A stretch of 64,000 nt of DNA, taken from NCBI GenBank assembly GCA_951406725.2, contig OX597824.1:68758001-68822000 (forward strand). The letters run 5' to 3'. The notes beneath the pieces are model-generated. The model ran no database searches. It saw nothing but the letters and a program-made list of their open reading frames with translations, and was not told where the DNA came from. The DNA comes from Octopus vulgaris (lineage: Eukaryota). Below are positions 40,674-55,141 of the stretch, in pieces; the stretch's first letter is position 1, and the number at the start of each line of letters is the position of its first letter. A program made the translations under genes and the position numbers.

Positions 40674-43118
40674 AATCTATCTGGATGGTCTATCTATCTA
40701 TCTATCTACAGTCTGTATGCCAGACATGTTTGGAGACGTCTTGGCAGCGGTGTACTCCAACTGGCAGCAAAACAGGAGCATTCCTGGTTTTGTGAGCCGA
40801 GGAGCCGTAACACTGCTGAAGAAAGATCTAAACAAGGGGAATGTAATAGATAACTTTAGGCCCATCACTCTGCTTAATGCAGACTTGAAAATTTTGGCCA
40901 AGGTGCTAGCCAAAAGGTTGGCGCTTGTCATCGAGAAACTGGTCGACAAGGCGCAAACGTGCGACGTGCCGGGCCGAAGCATCCATGACAACCTCCACCT
41001 GATGCGCTACATCATAGACAGGGTAGTTAAGGAACCTGGCATGGGTGGGGCGCTGATCAATTTGGATCAATCGAAAGCTTTCGATAGAGTAGACAATTGA
41101 TACTTGGAGGCTGTCCTCAGAGCAGCTGGTTTCGGTCCCGTCTTCCGCGGCTGGATAGCCGCCTTGTACAGAGGTATCAGTTCAGTAATTCGCGAAAATG
41201 GACATCTATCGAGACCTTTCGACATCGCACGTTCGGTCCGTCAGGGATGCCCCCTCTCGTCGCTTCTATACGTATTGACTCTCGAGCCATTATTGCGGAA
41301 GCTGGCAACTCTGAGGAGCATCCCGCGAGAACTGGGATGCGGGACGAGCGTGTCTGCATACGCGAACGACGTCACCGTCATAGTGTCTAGCCACGAGAAC
41401 ATCGAGCAGGTCGGCGAGACACTGAAAAACTACGAAGCGGTGACAGGAGCAAAAATCAACCGGGAAAAGTCAGTGGGCTTGCGACTAGGCACCTGGAGAA
41501 GCAAGCCCATGCCGTCCACCAGCGTCTCCGTCGTGGGACGCTGGATCGACGGTCCGGTCGAGTTGCTCGGAGTCTGGTTTGGTCCGGGTCTCCAAATGGA
41601 GAAGAACTGGAACGAGATAACGAGTAGGGTGGTCACTCTCGCCCGGCAATGGGCCGAGAGGAAACTGTCCCTAAAAGGTCGGGCGGAGGTGGCGAACTCG
41701 TACATCGCGTCCGTCATCTACTACCACCTGACCGTCGTGCCTTGTCCCGACCCTACCATCCCCAAACTAGAACGCATTCTCTTTCGCTTCTTGTGAAAAA
41801 GGATGCGTCCCGATGGTCAGGCGATCCATTTGCTGTCAACACCCGTTAAAAGGAGGACTGGGCATGACGTGGTTGATGATGCGCAGACACGCGCTGATAC
41901 TGCGACACCTCAGGCTCTACGTAGACGACGGTGAACAGGTGTGGTCGCCGTTTGTGAGGCACGCTTTCCCGCAACTCGTCTCCATGACCGAACTGCAGTC
42001 GTGGATCAAAAAGAGGCCGAGGAAGGGCGAATGGCACCGCGAGTGTCGCGTTGCTCTCAAGCAACTTTGCCGTCCCGGGTCGACCTTGAGTGACTTCAAC
42101 ACAACCAAAGCATTCTATAGGGGATTAGTGGAGGAGAGGTACGACGACGAGCTCGGGGTGAACCTGGACGTCGACGAGGAATACCTGACCTCCCTTTTTT
42201 AAACGACTTTCGGGGCAGGGCCCATGGACTGGCAGTGCCACCGAGAAGCGCTACACGTTCGGGATAAGCTCTACAGACACGGCACGAGAAACACGGGGCC
42301 GACCTGCCCGAGATGCGGTCAGAGCGACGAAACCGTTCTGCACGCACTCGTGCAGTGTCCAACAATTTCTGACCTGTGGGCTTCTGTCGAACAACTGCTG
42401 TCACGTGTAGGACGAGTCGGTTTATCAGCCGAGTCTATCGTCAATATTGTCACGCCTCCTTCCTTCAAACGGGAAGGAAGAGCTATTTTCATCATCCTTG
42501 TGGCTATGGCGAAAGAATGTATCTGGTGGACGCGTCTGAAAGGATTGGAGACAAACACTTTCCTCTCTGGTCAATCTCTCATCAACTTCTTCAAGTATCA
42601 CTTGAAAAGGAAAGTGAGAGTAGAGAGGCAAGTTTTGTCTAGCGAATGTTTTAAAAAAGATGGGTGAATGTAGCAAGGATGGCACGTATGAATGACGAAG
42701 CCACCTTGAGCATAATCCCATGAACCCAGAAATTGAAAACAGAGGGTTACCCACTTGCAAACAAATGTGGTAGCATATAACAATATTGACCGAGGTTACC
42801 GTGGTCTTTTCCGTAGGCTTTTCTTCCCACGGATAAACCTTATCTGCTTCTCCCTTTACACCGTACATCATGACACTGTGATACACGATCCCCATTGATC
42901 GTTTTTTTTTTTGCTTTTTCCCCTTTTTTCCTTTCCTTTTTTTATCCTTTTTATCTTTTTTCCTTTCTTTTCCTTTTTTTCTTTTTTTCTCTTTCCCTCT
43001 TACGATCCCTTTTGATCGAAAACCTACCCCAATTTTTCTTTTTTTTCTCCAAAAAAAGAAAAGCTCTACCTTGTAATCTGTCCCGTCTGTGTGCAGCCCT
43101 GTGTGGCTAATAAAGAAA
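40361..43118 (+). mobile_element. 5'-truncated Tx1/L1-clade non-LTR retrotransposon in (TCTA)n
   Basis: RT and C-terminal zinc-finger remnants followed by a T-rich 3' UTR and AATAAA-like end; (TCTA)n on both sides. Confidence 0.9.
40717..42720 (+). pseudogene. Disrupted ORF2: reverse transcriptase plus zf-RVT
   Basis: NFRPITLLNADLKILAK, LDQSKAFDRV, VRQGCPLS, YAND (YADD mutated), LKGGLG, CPRCGQSDETVLHALVQC. Stop at 41098-41100 and later stops/frameshifts. Confidence 0.92.
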
Positions 43119-43120
43119 CA

Positions 43121-43193
<73 letters not shown>

Positions 43194-43284
43194 GTCTATC
43201 TATCTATCAATCTATCTATTTGTCTGTCTATCTCTCTCTCTTTCTCTCTCTCTCTCTCTATCTATATATCTATCTATCCATCTA

Positions 43285-43335
<51 letters not shown>

Positions 43336-43496
43336 GTCTGTCTATATGTCTGTCTGTCCGACTGTTTTCTGTCTGTCTGTCCCTCCAGCCATCCTGCCAT
43401 TTATCTACCTGTCTGTCTGTGTGTTTGTCTGTCTCTCCATCCATCTGTCTATCTGTCTGTGTATCTATCTGTCTCTCTCTCTATCGATCAATCAAT

Positions 43497-43561
<65 letters not shown>

Positions 43562-43576
43562 ACTATCTGACTGTCC

Positions 43577-43610
<34 letters not shown>

Positions 43611-43689
43611 ATGTCTGTATGTCTGTCCCTCCATCTATCCTGCCATTTATTTACCTGTCTGTTTGCTTGTCTGTCTGGTTGTCTGTCTG

Positions 43690-43767
<78 letters not shown>

Positions 43768-43772
43768 AATCA

Positions 43773-43842
<70 letters not shown>

Positions 43843-44114
43843 CTATCTATCTGTCTATCTACTTATCTACCTATCTATGTGTCTATCTGTCGATCTCATC
43901 TGTCTACATATGTCCATATCCGTCTATGATCTCTCTGTATTCATTTATCTGTTCTATCAGTGAATATCTCTCTCTCTAGATGTCCAGAACTTTGTACGAC
44001 TCTGTATCTTCGTCTATCAAATCTATGTTCCAATACATATATCCATCATACTCTTTTGTCAATTCTTCTACGCATGTCTTTATGTATGTATTTAATTATT
44101 TACCTATCAATCTA

Positions 44115-44165
<51 letters not shown>

Positions 44166-44384
44166 GTATGTATGTATATATATGTAAGTGGTTATATATA
44201 TATATATAAGCACTTTCAAATACTCCACTCCCAGCAAAAAGAAAATCGTTAAAGCACAAAACGCACACAGAAAGAATTCATATTAAAATCAAACCTTGTT
44301 AGGTAAAATAAGAGTAATAAAAAAGGAAAAAAAGGGAAAAAAACGGGGGAAAAGACATAAAAACGGACCAAAGACAAAACAAAC

Positions 44385-44438
<54 letters not shown>

Positions 44439-45446
44439 GACGTAATCTACAGATAAACGAAAATACAAAAAAAAAGGAAAAAATGATACACCAAACAAAA
44501 ACCGAAACTCGAAAATAATAAAGGAAGTGAAGAAAAGGGAATTATGGTAAAAGCAAGAAAAAATAATAAGGAATAAGGAGTAAGAAGAATAATAGCAATT
44601 GTGGTGAGTGTGGTGGCTACCCAATTAACACATGTAGAATGAAATGAATGAAAAGAGAGAATAGAAAGTCGAATTTACCGAACGCCATATGTTTCACTAT
44701 GAAATGGCAGCTATTAAAAAGCTGGCAATGTAATCATAAAAGAATAACAGCGATAACAATACAGGAGAGCGCAGGCAAGGGAGATAAGCAAACAAAGTCA
44801 CTCTTCGTTGAACAATGTATGTGTTTGTTGTGTATGCGCGCGTTTCTCTCTCTCTCTCTTTCTTTATTTCTTTCTCTCTCCCATCTTTCTCTCTCTCTAT
44901 CTCTCTTTCTCTCTTTCTCTTTCTGTCTCTCTCACACACACTCTATGAATCTATCTATCCCACTTTTTCTCTGTCTCTGTCTTTTCTACTGTCTCTTTCT
45001 GTCTTTCCTTTACTCTGTGTTTGTGCGTGGGTACAAACCCTCGCAAGTGTGTGTGCGTGTATGTGGCGATGTTTTATGTGTGTGTGAGTGTGCGTATCTG
45101 TGTGTGTATGTGAGCGTGCTTAAGTGTATGTGCGCATCACGCGTGTGTAAAACTGTTTGCAAGTGGGAGACGTGTGCGTTTGTGGAGGTGTTTATGTGTG
45201 TATAAATGTGTGTATGTGACTATATAATAGCGTTGTACTTCTATTGAATCCGTAATGAATGTTTGAGTGTCTTTAGCATGTGAGCGTGTGAGTACATACA
45301 CTAGCATGTGTGTATATGTGTAGGCATGCGCGTGTATGTAAATATACATGTGTGTGTGTGTGTGTGCATGTGTGTTTGTTTGAATGTATATGAATGTTTT
45401 CGTGGTCTTCAGTAAGTGATTCTGTGGAACATGTATATGTATTTGT

Positions 45447-45499
<53 letters not shown>

Positions 45500-45604
45500 G
45501 CAACGCATTGTGAGGTGTATGTGTAGGTGTGGTAAAGATTCTCAGTGTGTCTGGGTATGAAAGTATGTATGTGTGAATATTTTTCACTCCACTTTACACA
45601 CACA

Positions 45605-45712
<108 letters not shown>

Positions 45713-45887
45713 TAAACGCTTACATATACATAGGGAGATGCATACATACACACACACATACAAGCAGGCAGACACGTACGCACACACGCATACACACGCA
45801 CGCATACACAAACAAACAAACACATACACACACATTTACACGTATATAGTACGTGCTTTCCTTCTCTGAGAATGTGCGCGCGTGAAT

Positions 45888-45953
<66 letters not shown>

Positions 45954-46032
45954 GTTATATATGTGAGCAGCTGTCTGTCTATCTATCTATCTATCTATCT
46001 ATCTCTCTCTCTATATATATATATATCTATAC

Positions 46033-46143
<111 letters not shown>

Positions 46144-46216
46144 TATCTCTACATATAGACACATATTCATATATGCTTCTCTTTGTGTGTGAAAGTGAAA
46201 GCATAAGATCTGAATA

Positions 46217-46263
<47 letters not shown>

Positions 46264-46605
46264 AGAGAGAGAGGATAGAGAGGGAGAGAAAGGAAGGAAG
46301 AAAACGGAGAAGGAAGGAGTTTAAATATCTATGAATTTCTTGCATTTGTTTGAGTATGTGCGTGTGGCTGTGCCTGCGCCTATGCGTGTTTCTATGAATG
46401 TGTCTGTGACTGAGTGAGTGTGTGCGTATGTGTCTATTCATAAATACAGTCACATGCAATGCTCTTTTGACTATGCGTGTGAGTGTGTATGTGTATACAT
46501 ATGTATCTGTGTATATATACAGATATATATGTGTGTGAGTGTGTGTGTGTGTATATATATATATATACACATACACGTATATATAGATATATATATATAC
46601 ATATA

Positions 46606-46688
<83 letters not shown>

Positions 46689-46813
46689 ATAATATATATA
46701 TAATATATAGTATATATATAATATATAATATATAATCAATTCTTAGTGGTTGAGACCCTTGCGGATCTATCTTTAGCTTAAGAGCGTCCACATAGTGGAT
46801 TCTCTGTCATATT

Positions 46814-46855
<42 letters not shown>

Positions 46856-47265
46856 TGAGAGAGAGAAGGAAAGAGAGAAAGCGTGAGAGGGGTAGATAGA
46901 TAATGATTGTGGTGCTTGTGGTAATGGATGGTAACCTAGTGTAGTGGTTGTAGTAGGAAGTCCATGTAGACTACTAAGGTGTTATGTATGGTTGTGTAAG
47001 ATAATAGAATGATGAGAATGATGTGAGGTTGTGGCACAATGGATTGATATTACAAAATGGCCTTATGGCGTTGATGGCCTCTTAGTGTTGTATTGTGAGT
47101 TGATTTATACTGTAGTGGAATTCACAGGGATGAAGAGTATCGAAGTGTCGTGTAGTGGGATGGATAGTATTTTAATGGTGTACAATGGGGTTATTGTACT
47201 GTAATTTTGCGTATGTAGGATAATGCATCAATCTGTATGTATGTCTGTCTGTCTGTCTATCTATC

Positions 47266-47352
<87 letters not shown>

Positions 47353-47988
47353 AATACAAGAATGATGATAAGAGTCATTAGAAATTCTGTAGATTGGAGG
47401 CTGATCACCACTTCTACATCACAGTATGTGTGAAAAATGAAAACAAGTATAAAGAGAGGCCCCATCTAGTCAAAGGATATGAAAACAGATTTGTAAACCC
47501 TTATGATCCTTAGAGACTGCACAATCATACAAGAGGTGCGCCCAGTTGAGAGGGCCGAGAGAAAGGGCTTGATATTGATGATATTGGGCAAAATCCGAGG
47601 TGTTACATTTGTCGTAGCGAGATTAACCTCGGAGTCTCTTGGTGTGAAAAGCTAGAAAGTCTAGTAAGAAAACAAGAACAAAGAGTAATCTTTTCTACTC
47701 TAAGCACAAGGCCCTAAATTTGGCGGGGAGGGGTCCAGTCGATTAAAGCGATCCCAGTACGCAACTGGTACTTAATTTATCGACCCCGAAAAGATGAAAG
47801 GCAAAGTCGACCTCGGCGGAATTTGAACTCAGAACGTAACAGCAGACGAAATACCACTTAGCATTTTGTCCGGCGTGCTAACGGTTCTGCCAGCTCACCG
47901 CCTTAAAACATGAAAGAAAAGTCAAGTCAAGTAGACTCCCCCTCCAAAATTTCAGGGCTTTTGTCCATAGTGGAAAGTATTATTATTA

Positions 47989-48426
47989 TTAAACGTGGGT
48001 GTTCTTCTAGAGCAAACGATACTGCTATTTTAACCCCAAGAGGACTCCTCCAGCTGGTTATTCAGTGCGTGCCGCACTGAATATATATTGCAAGCGGGGA
48101 GAGAACTCCCTGCCATCCTAGCTCCGAGAGCACAAGTCGCAAAATATGGTTGCAAAATCGGGGACTGTATGACACTGTCTTTTCTACATATTGCGATCTG
48201 GGATAGACCACAGCCATAACTGGCAGACGAGTGCTCATCACTGAGGATGATCCAATAAGGTCGAAATTAGGTTGTCTGGTGGTCTCGGAGATAGGATGGT
48301 TGGGATTTCTCTCCCTGCTTGCAATATATATCAAGTGCAAGGCGCACTGAATAACCAGCTAGACGAGGAGTCCTCCTGGGGTAAAAATAGCGGTATCGTC
48401 TGTTCTTAAAGAACACCAACGTTTAA
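47989..48426. mobile_element. Imperfect fold-back (~145 bp arms) with one hammerhead motif at 48236-48281 (+)
   Basis: catca CTGAGGA t gatc-caataa-ggtc GAAA ttaggttg TC tggtg; arms ~47989-48130 and ~48281-48426. Confidence 0.7.
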
Positions 48427-48908
48427 GTGACAATTATTAAGATGAACATAATGCCGCTAAGCATTTTGTCTGTGGCCTGCTAATGATTCTTCTTGCTCGC
48501 CGCCTTCTTAATGATAATAATGATTTCAAATTTTCGCACACAGCCAGCAAGTTCAGGGGAAGGGGGAAGTCGATTATATGGACCCCATCCTCAACTAGTA
48601 GTCATTTAATTGACCCTGAAAGTATGAAAGGCAAAGTCGATCTCTTCAGAATTTGAACTCAGGACGTAAAAATGAAGGAAATCACGCTGACTATTTTGTC
48701 TTCCATGGTAACGGTTCTGCCAGGTCACACCCTTCATAATAATAATCCTTTGTACTATGGACAGGAAGCCTGCATTTTCGGTGGGGAGGAAAGGTAAAGA
48801 GAAAGGGATATGTTTAGGATACTATATTTAGCAGAGGGGGATATTGTGGTGGTGAGGTTAAAGAAAGGCAAATAGAAAGAAATAAACAGGGGAGGCAATT
48901 ATATTGAG

Positions 48909-48949
<41 letters not shown>

Positions 48950-49083
48950 ACAGACAGACAGAGAGGGAGAGAGACAGATAAAGTTTGTATTGTCAGTGTA
49001 GAGATATATCAATAGCAAAAAAAAGGGAGATATAAACAAACAGCTGAACTGAAATGAGCTTTATTATTGAAAATTATAGTGAG

Positions 49084-49116
<33 letters not shown>

Positions 49117-49226
49117 GGTATTGATAGTGAAAGGTATTGTTTTTATTGAACTAAATCTATAATATTATTCACACTTTACGCTTTAGTTTGTTAGAGGGGC
49201 GGAGAAGGTGGAATGAGAGTGGGAGA

Positions 49227-49270
<44 letters not shown>

Positions 49271-49627
49271 GAGAAAGAGGAAATGTGAGAGTAGGTGAGA
49301 GAGCAGGTAGCCAACCGATGCATTATGCTGTCACTCATGTGGTTAGTGGAAGTGGGAGGTGAAGAAGAAGAGAAAAATGTTAAAGACATGAAGGGAAAAT
49401 TACAAGGTTAAAATGTTTGTTAAAGAGATAAAGAGGAAGAGAAAAATATAAAGTACTTAACTGGGGGAAATTTTAAAATCATATAATATATTATTGTGAC
49501 TGGACGTGAAATAGCTCAACAAAACAAAAACAAAAAATGCAAATCGTCCTTTCTTAAATAGCGTGGAATTTCCACGGGTTTCACTGATAAAAATGATGAT
49601 GATGATGATGATGATGATGATAATAAT

Positions 49628-49812
<185 letters not shown>

Positions 49813-50511
49813 TGCCCTGATGCAGTACCAGGCAGTGGCTCTCGTGGCTTCTGATCTTAACTGATTGGAAGTGTTATCATGTACATTGCTTTATCTTGGT
49901 ATAAAAGATGGTCTACAGCAAATATTCTGCTCAATACCACAGATTTGCTTGTCATTTGTTTGACCTTAACCAGATGTGCATGTCGCGTAGTGGCTGACGA
50001 TATGTGCATCCCTGATCACGAGCAGAGGTAGTGGGGGAGCATCATAGCCATGTGTTGAAAGGAATTCTTTGGAGTTTGGATAATTCACCTCAGGAAACAT
50101 GGGTTGTTCGTTCAACATCCTTAAACAATCTTTATTCAAGGACCTTTTGAGTGAGATGGGTTACTCGACCAGAAAGTCTTAACTGTTCCCCATGTGCTGA
50201 AAGGAATTCTTTGGAGTTTGGATAATTCACCTTTTGAAACATGGGTGGTTCGTCCAACATCCTAAAACAATCCTTATTCAGGGACCTTTTGAGCGGGATG
50301 GGCTACTCGACCAGAAGAAAACTCCAACTGGGCCGCACCTGCAAGGTCATGCGCTGTTTATCTTGATATGAGATCACCATGTCGCGCACATATGGTTGTG
50401 ATGCATGTGCCTGGTGTACCCTTATCAGACGGGTAGTCATGATGGGTATATTGGGCTTCGTATATTTTACCCCAGTGTCACTTTGATGGCATGAACTGCT
50501 CTCTCACTCAA
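49813..50511 (+). mobile_element. Family C repeat with an internal ~120 bp duplication
   Basis: CCATGTG.TGAAAGGAATTCTTTGGAGTTTGG...TACTCGACCAGAA occurs at ~50048-50174 and ~50190-50316. Confidence 0.85.
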
Positions 50512-51072
50512 TAATAATAATAATAAACGGCATTGTATAACCAGGATTGCCAGAGTGTCCAAGAAAATATCCTGTATAATTTCTTCTGTCTTGAAAATCC
50601 CGTTCTGACTTCAAATGCCGACGAGGTCGATAAAGTTAAGTTCCACTTAAATAATGTAATCACTATGGCTGACTAGCGTTCTTACCCTCAAGTTTCTTTG
50701 CCTTGTGCCGAAATTTGCCATTTGTCGTCGTCGTCATCACCACCACCAACACCACCACCACCATCATCATCATCATCAGCAGCAGCAGCAGTAGCAGCAG
50801 CACCATCATCATTTCTCAACGATTCTGCTCCTGTTGCCCCCCTGTCGGCTCTATCACTCGTGCACTAGTCGAAAGTATCGGTCATATGATAAGTGTTCCT
50901 CAAGCATAAAAAGTACAGTGAAACTGACACGTCTCGAGCTATTCGACTTATCTTCTCTTTTCTCATTAATTTATTCATCTTTTGCTACGCTTCTTCATCG
51001 CTGTTGAAATTCATGTAAGCGACACAAAAAAAAAACAGCATTATTTTACAAATTTCTTGTTTGTTTGTTGTT

Positions 51073-51371
51073 TGTTTCTTCTCGAGCCATGCCTGGCCCA
51101 TAGGGACCGGTTTCCCGGTTTCCTTGGTGTATAGGTTCCCCACCTGGACGGGACACCGATCAGTCGCAGGTGAGCTGCAAGATGCAGGAGGAAAGAGTGA
51201 GAGAAAGTTGTGGCGAAAGGATCAGCAGAAGTTCGCCATTACCTTCCGCCGGAGCCGCGTGGAGCTTAGGTGTTTCACTCATAACCACACACATCGCCCG
51301 GTCTGAGATTCGAAACCGCGATCCCTCGACCGCGAGTCCGCTGCTCTAATCACTGGGCCATGTGCCTCCAC
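51073..51371 (-). mobile_element. tRNA-headed SINE family D
   Basis: Minus strand GTGGAGGCACATGGCCCAGTG.TTAGAGCAGCGGACTCGCGG..GGTTTCGAATCTC; homologous to 62632-62920. Confidence 0.85.
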
Positions 51372-52456
51372 AACTTAACGTTATATAAATCAATCGACAC
51401 ACAAGAAGAATTTCACACAAGCGCGCACGCGAACATTTGATTGCGAATTTAGATGTAAATCAGATAAACCGCAGCTTAGGGCTTCTTTGTCTGCAGAGGG
51501 CCTTAAAATAGTTTAAAAAAACAAACATATGTTCCAAAATCTTTTGAGACCCTATGTAGTAATACTAAATATGACACTACATTCAACTATTTTCATTGAA
51601 TATCACCATTCACACACATAAACACATTGGCATTCATAAACTCATTCAGAGTAATTTAGAGAAAGATATAGAGGAAGAAATACTCCTAATTGATATCTTA
51701 TATAATTAACGCTTCAATAAATATTTCTTAGCTTCAAAGTGAGGAAATATTATATATTTTTCACAACAACATTGCTGATTAGCTGCTGTTGAACATTCCT
51801 CATAAAATCTTGTTCAATAAAATAATATTCGTATTATAATCGTTTGTGTGTTGGAAAAATTCTAAGCAGTGTACCTGCGACTTTTTACGTTTTGAGTTCA
51901 TAATACCACATGAAATAAAGCATCTGTTTTGTACTGGGTTCGATGTAATCTATTAATCTCATCCTCTCAAAATTTCTGGCCTTGTGCCAAAATTAGAAAG
52001 AACCATTGTTATTATTATTAAAATTATTGTTGTTGTTGATGTTGCTGCTGCTGAGGATCATCATCATTTAGTTGTTATGGTTATTTCTGTTATTTCCTGT
52101 CACTTCTGAAAAAACGAGTGAACCTATGATAAAAATACTTCAGCCGTATAGATCAAATCTTTTCCTTGACATGTTGTAACTCGGGCTATTACCTGATGTC
52201 TGTTATTAAGGATGACTTGGCTGCTATTTCTTGCATGTCAGGCTACATAGTGGCTGTCTTGATGGCTCATCCATCAGGGAAGGCTTACTTTGCCTATCAT
52301 TTCGTCTCGGGTCAACAAAAAATAAAGGACCAGTAATATGCTGAGATCGATGCTTTCGACTAACACCCCCAACTCAAAATGGCCTTGTGCCTCTATCAGA
52401 AACCAATATTCTTATCATTGTTACTGTTGCTGCTGCAGTGTAATTCCTAGATTCCT

Positions 52457-53191
52457 AGGTTATTCTATAGCCAATACACTGATTTATCCACTTATAATCC
52501 ACTTGTTACAGGAAAATTGAACTGAAAGCGGGCAACTAACCTTTAGAAAATTTAAATTTCGTTATCTCTATATTGAATCAATTTCGGAATTAATCCCTAT
52601 AAAGGATATATTCTTCTTCAGTAGAGCTTACGAGGGAACATAAATAAAATACTCAAATTCCTTGGTCAGTCTCAGAACAACGTGTTGACCTATCGCCGCT
52701 ACATATTGTAATGGTTACCGGTCCCTTTGGTTACCGGTTCCCTTAACAAGTGGATTATAAGTGGATAAATCAGTGTATTGGCTATAGAATAACCTTCTTT
52801 AGCCCTTAATTATAAGATGTTTATACTTCAACCGTAATGGTTTTTTTAATATACTGCCACGCTTTTTGATGGACTCCTTTTCTGTAGAGAAATGGACTTC
52901 ATCTTATATTGTTAGTAGTAAACTCACTGCTTGTTACAAGGGGACCGGTAACCATTACAATATGTAGCGGCGATAGGTCAACACGTTGTTCTGAGACTGA
53001 CCAAGGAATTTTTATTTTTTAGATATAAATGATGTACTTAAATGTAGTTGTGTTTTTAGCTTCTGCTTTTTCCATGATCACATGTGAGTATTTTATTTAT
53101 GTTCCCTCGTAAGCTCTACTGAAGAAGAATATATCCTTCATAGGGATTAATTCCGAAATTGATTCAATATAGAGATAACGAAATTTAAATT
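52457..53191. mobile_element. Composite interleaved inversion with a canonical hammerhead on each strand
   Basis: Three inverted pairs: 52457-52508/52744-52795, 52549-52655/53085-53191 and 52656-52727/52938-53010. Motif ctcta CTGAAGA ... GAAA ttga-t-tcaa TA tagag at 53114-53174. Confidence 0.85.
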
Positions 53192-53377
53192 GACAGGACT
53201 GGAGGTACGTGAAATAAAGCGTTTTGCTCAAGGGCAACAAAGCGCCGCCGGAAATCGAACGCACGGCCTTACGATCGTGAATCGAATACCCTAACTACTG
53301 AGCCATGCGTCTTACACACACACATACAAACACGCACACACACACACACACAGTTATATATAATATAATTATAAATA

Positions 53378-53895
53378 AGGGCAAAAAGAAACATTTTCTT
53401 TGCTAATATGCTGAAAAATAGACACTAAATCGTCTAACCATATAAAATATTTTCCTGTATATTATTACAACACGTTCGAAACGAGGAAGGCAAGCTAACA
53501 GAAATTCATAAAAATATAGTTATCCCCGAATTGGTTTCGATTCCTGGATTAATCCAAAAAGGCTTCTTACTTCAACAGTGAGGGACACAAAATGAAAATG
53601 CATGAATTCTATTTGGATATATTTGGGATACTGAAATGTATACATGACTTTGCCACTGTTTTCCGCGGATATGTCAAAATACTTCATTTTATTTCATTTT
53701 CTGTCCCTCGCTGATGAAGGAAGAATCCTTTTGGGATTAATCCAGAAATCGGAACCGATTTGGGGGTAACCATTTTTATGAATTTCTGTTAGCTTGGTTT
53801 CCACATTTCGATACGTGGTATAATAATGTAGTTAGAGGACTGAGCGTCTATTTTTCAGCATATTGACAAAGAAATATTTTTCTTTTTGTTCTTAT
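53378..53895. mobile_element. Old diverged fold-back with decayed hammerhead in both arms
   Basis: Right arm ccctcg CTGATGA...GGAAccgatt; left arm (-) ccctca CTGTTGA...GAAA ccaat TC gggga; arms ~210-230 bp. Confidence 0.7.
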
Positions 53896-54417
53896 TTATA
53901 ATTGTATTTAAAATTTTCACCTTAAAATGTATTTTTCATATATATATATTAGTGATCACTTCAAACACCTTGATGCTGACTGGATGTTTAATCTTTAGTA
54001 CTCTCGGGAGATGTTTTAGGGACACGGCAAGCCAAGAGTTGTTCTCTGTGTTCACCATCTGTTCGTATTCGAAATTCTGGTCCGAATGCCAAGCAGTAAA
54101 GCATGTGGTTTCCAAATTTTTGGCTGAGTGAATTGCATCATGGTGCTCTTTTTCTAACAGACGGTGCCCAACTGAACTTACTATACAGTGTAGTCGACAA
54201 AATCAAAAGCAAATAATGGATGTAAGAATATCTGAAGAAGGAATTTTATTCTGAAATATCATATCAGACTATGGATGACTAAATTACAACAGGTATATAT
54301 ATAGCCCATTGTCTATATTAAAGTGCATTGTTGTACCATTCAAAACTTTTTGTTCTTTACAAACAATACACAATGCTTCAAGCGAACTTCAATACTCTCC
54401 TATATATGTGTGTGTGC

Positions 54418-54448
<31 letters not shown>

Positions 54449-54511
54449 AGTGTATCGTCGGCGATTTTCTTTCCTCTGTCTTCCCTTCCTTGGATCTTTC
54501 CTTTTTCTATG

Positions 54512-54545
54512 TTTCTGACGAAGAGCTCCGCTTGAAACGTTAAAT
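54512..54545 (+). ncRNA. Minimal hammerhead motif in a short element (~54455-54636) ending in (TA)n
   Basis: ttt CTGACGA a gagc-tcc-gctt GAAACGTT aaa; palindromic stem III typical of dimer-acting Penelope hammerheads. Confidence 0.65.
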
Positions 54546-54632
54546 CCTCCTTCTTTCTTGCCTTTCCTGAGCATCCAATAACACTATACTTCTTCCACGT
54601 TGTGTTTTCTCTTTGTGTTTTCATGTTTGGAT

Positions 54633-54670
<38 letters not shown>

Positions 54671-54671
<1 letters not shown>

Positions 54672-54891
54672 TTTATTTAAAGCAGCAGAAAATTCAACAA
54701 AACCTGTTACTCTGAGTTTCACGTTGCCGTTCATCGGACAGTTTTTACTAACTGTCCGATGAACGGCAACGTGAAACTCAGAGTAACAGGTTTTGTTGAA
54801 TTTTCTGCTGCTTTAAATAAAGCATATTACTCTACCACTGGTATTTGAGTACTCTTTTTTCCACCTTGTTTCACATTAATGCGTTTACTCC

Positions 54892-54894
<3 letters not shown>
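54671..54894 (+). mobile_element. Perfect 73 bp-arm palindrome with a hammerhead on both strands plus a 72 bp tail, in (TA)n
   Basis: 54671-54743 equals the reverse complement of 54750-54822; ctgt CCGATGA acg-gcaa-cgt GAAA ctc-a-gag TA acag at 54752-54789. Confidence 0.9.
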
Positions 54895-54926
<32 letters not shown>

Positions 54927-54930
<4 letters not shown>

Positions 54931-55141
54931 GAAGAGTTGCTGAAAATTTCCTGGCTTTGAGTAAAAGAAAATACAGGAAGATCAGTTAATTATGATTCTA
55001 TTCAACTTATTCCCCTCTCAGATTCACATGCTTATTACAGTGGTCCTTCAGTTCTTCTAAGCTCTATAAAAGAACTCGGAAGGTTAGACTCCACCCAGGA
55101 CTTTCGCGATACCCTTAATGCGGGAACTTTTTAGCACCCGC

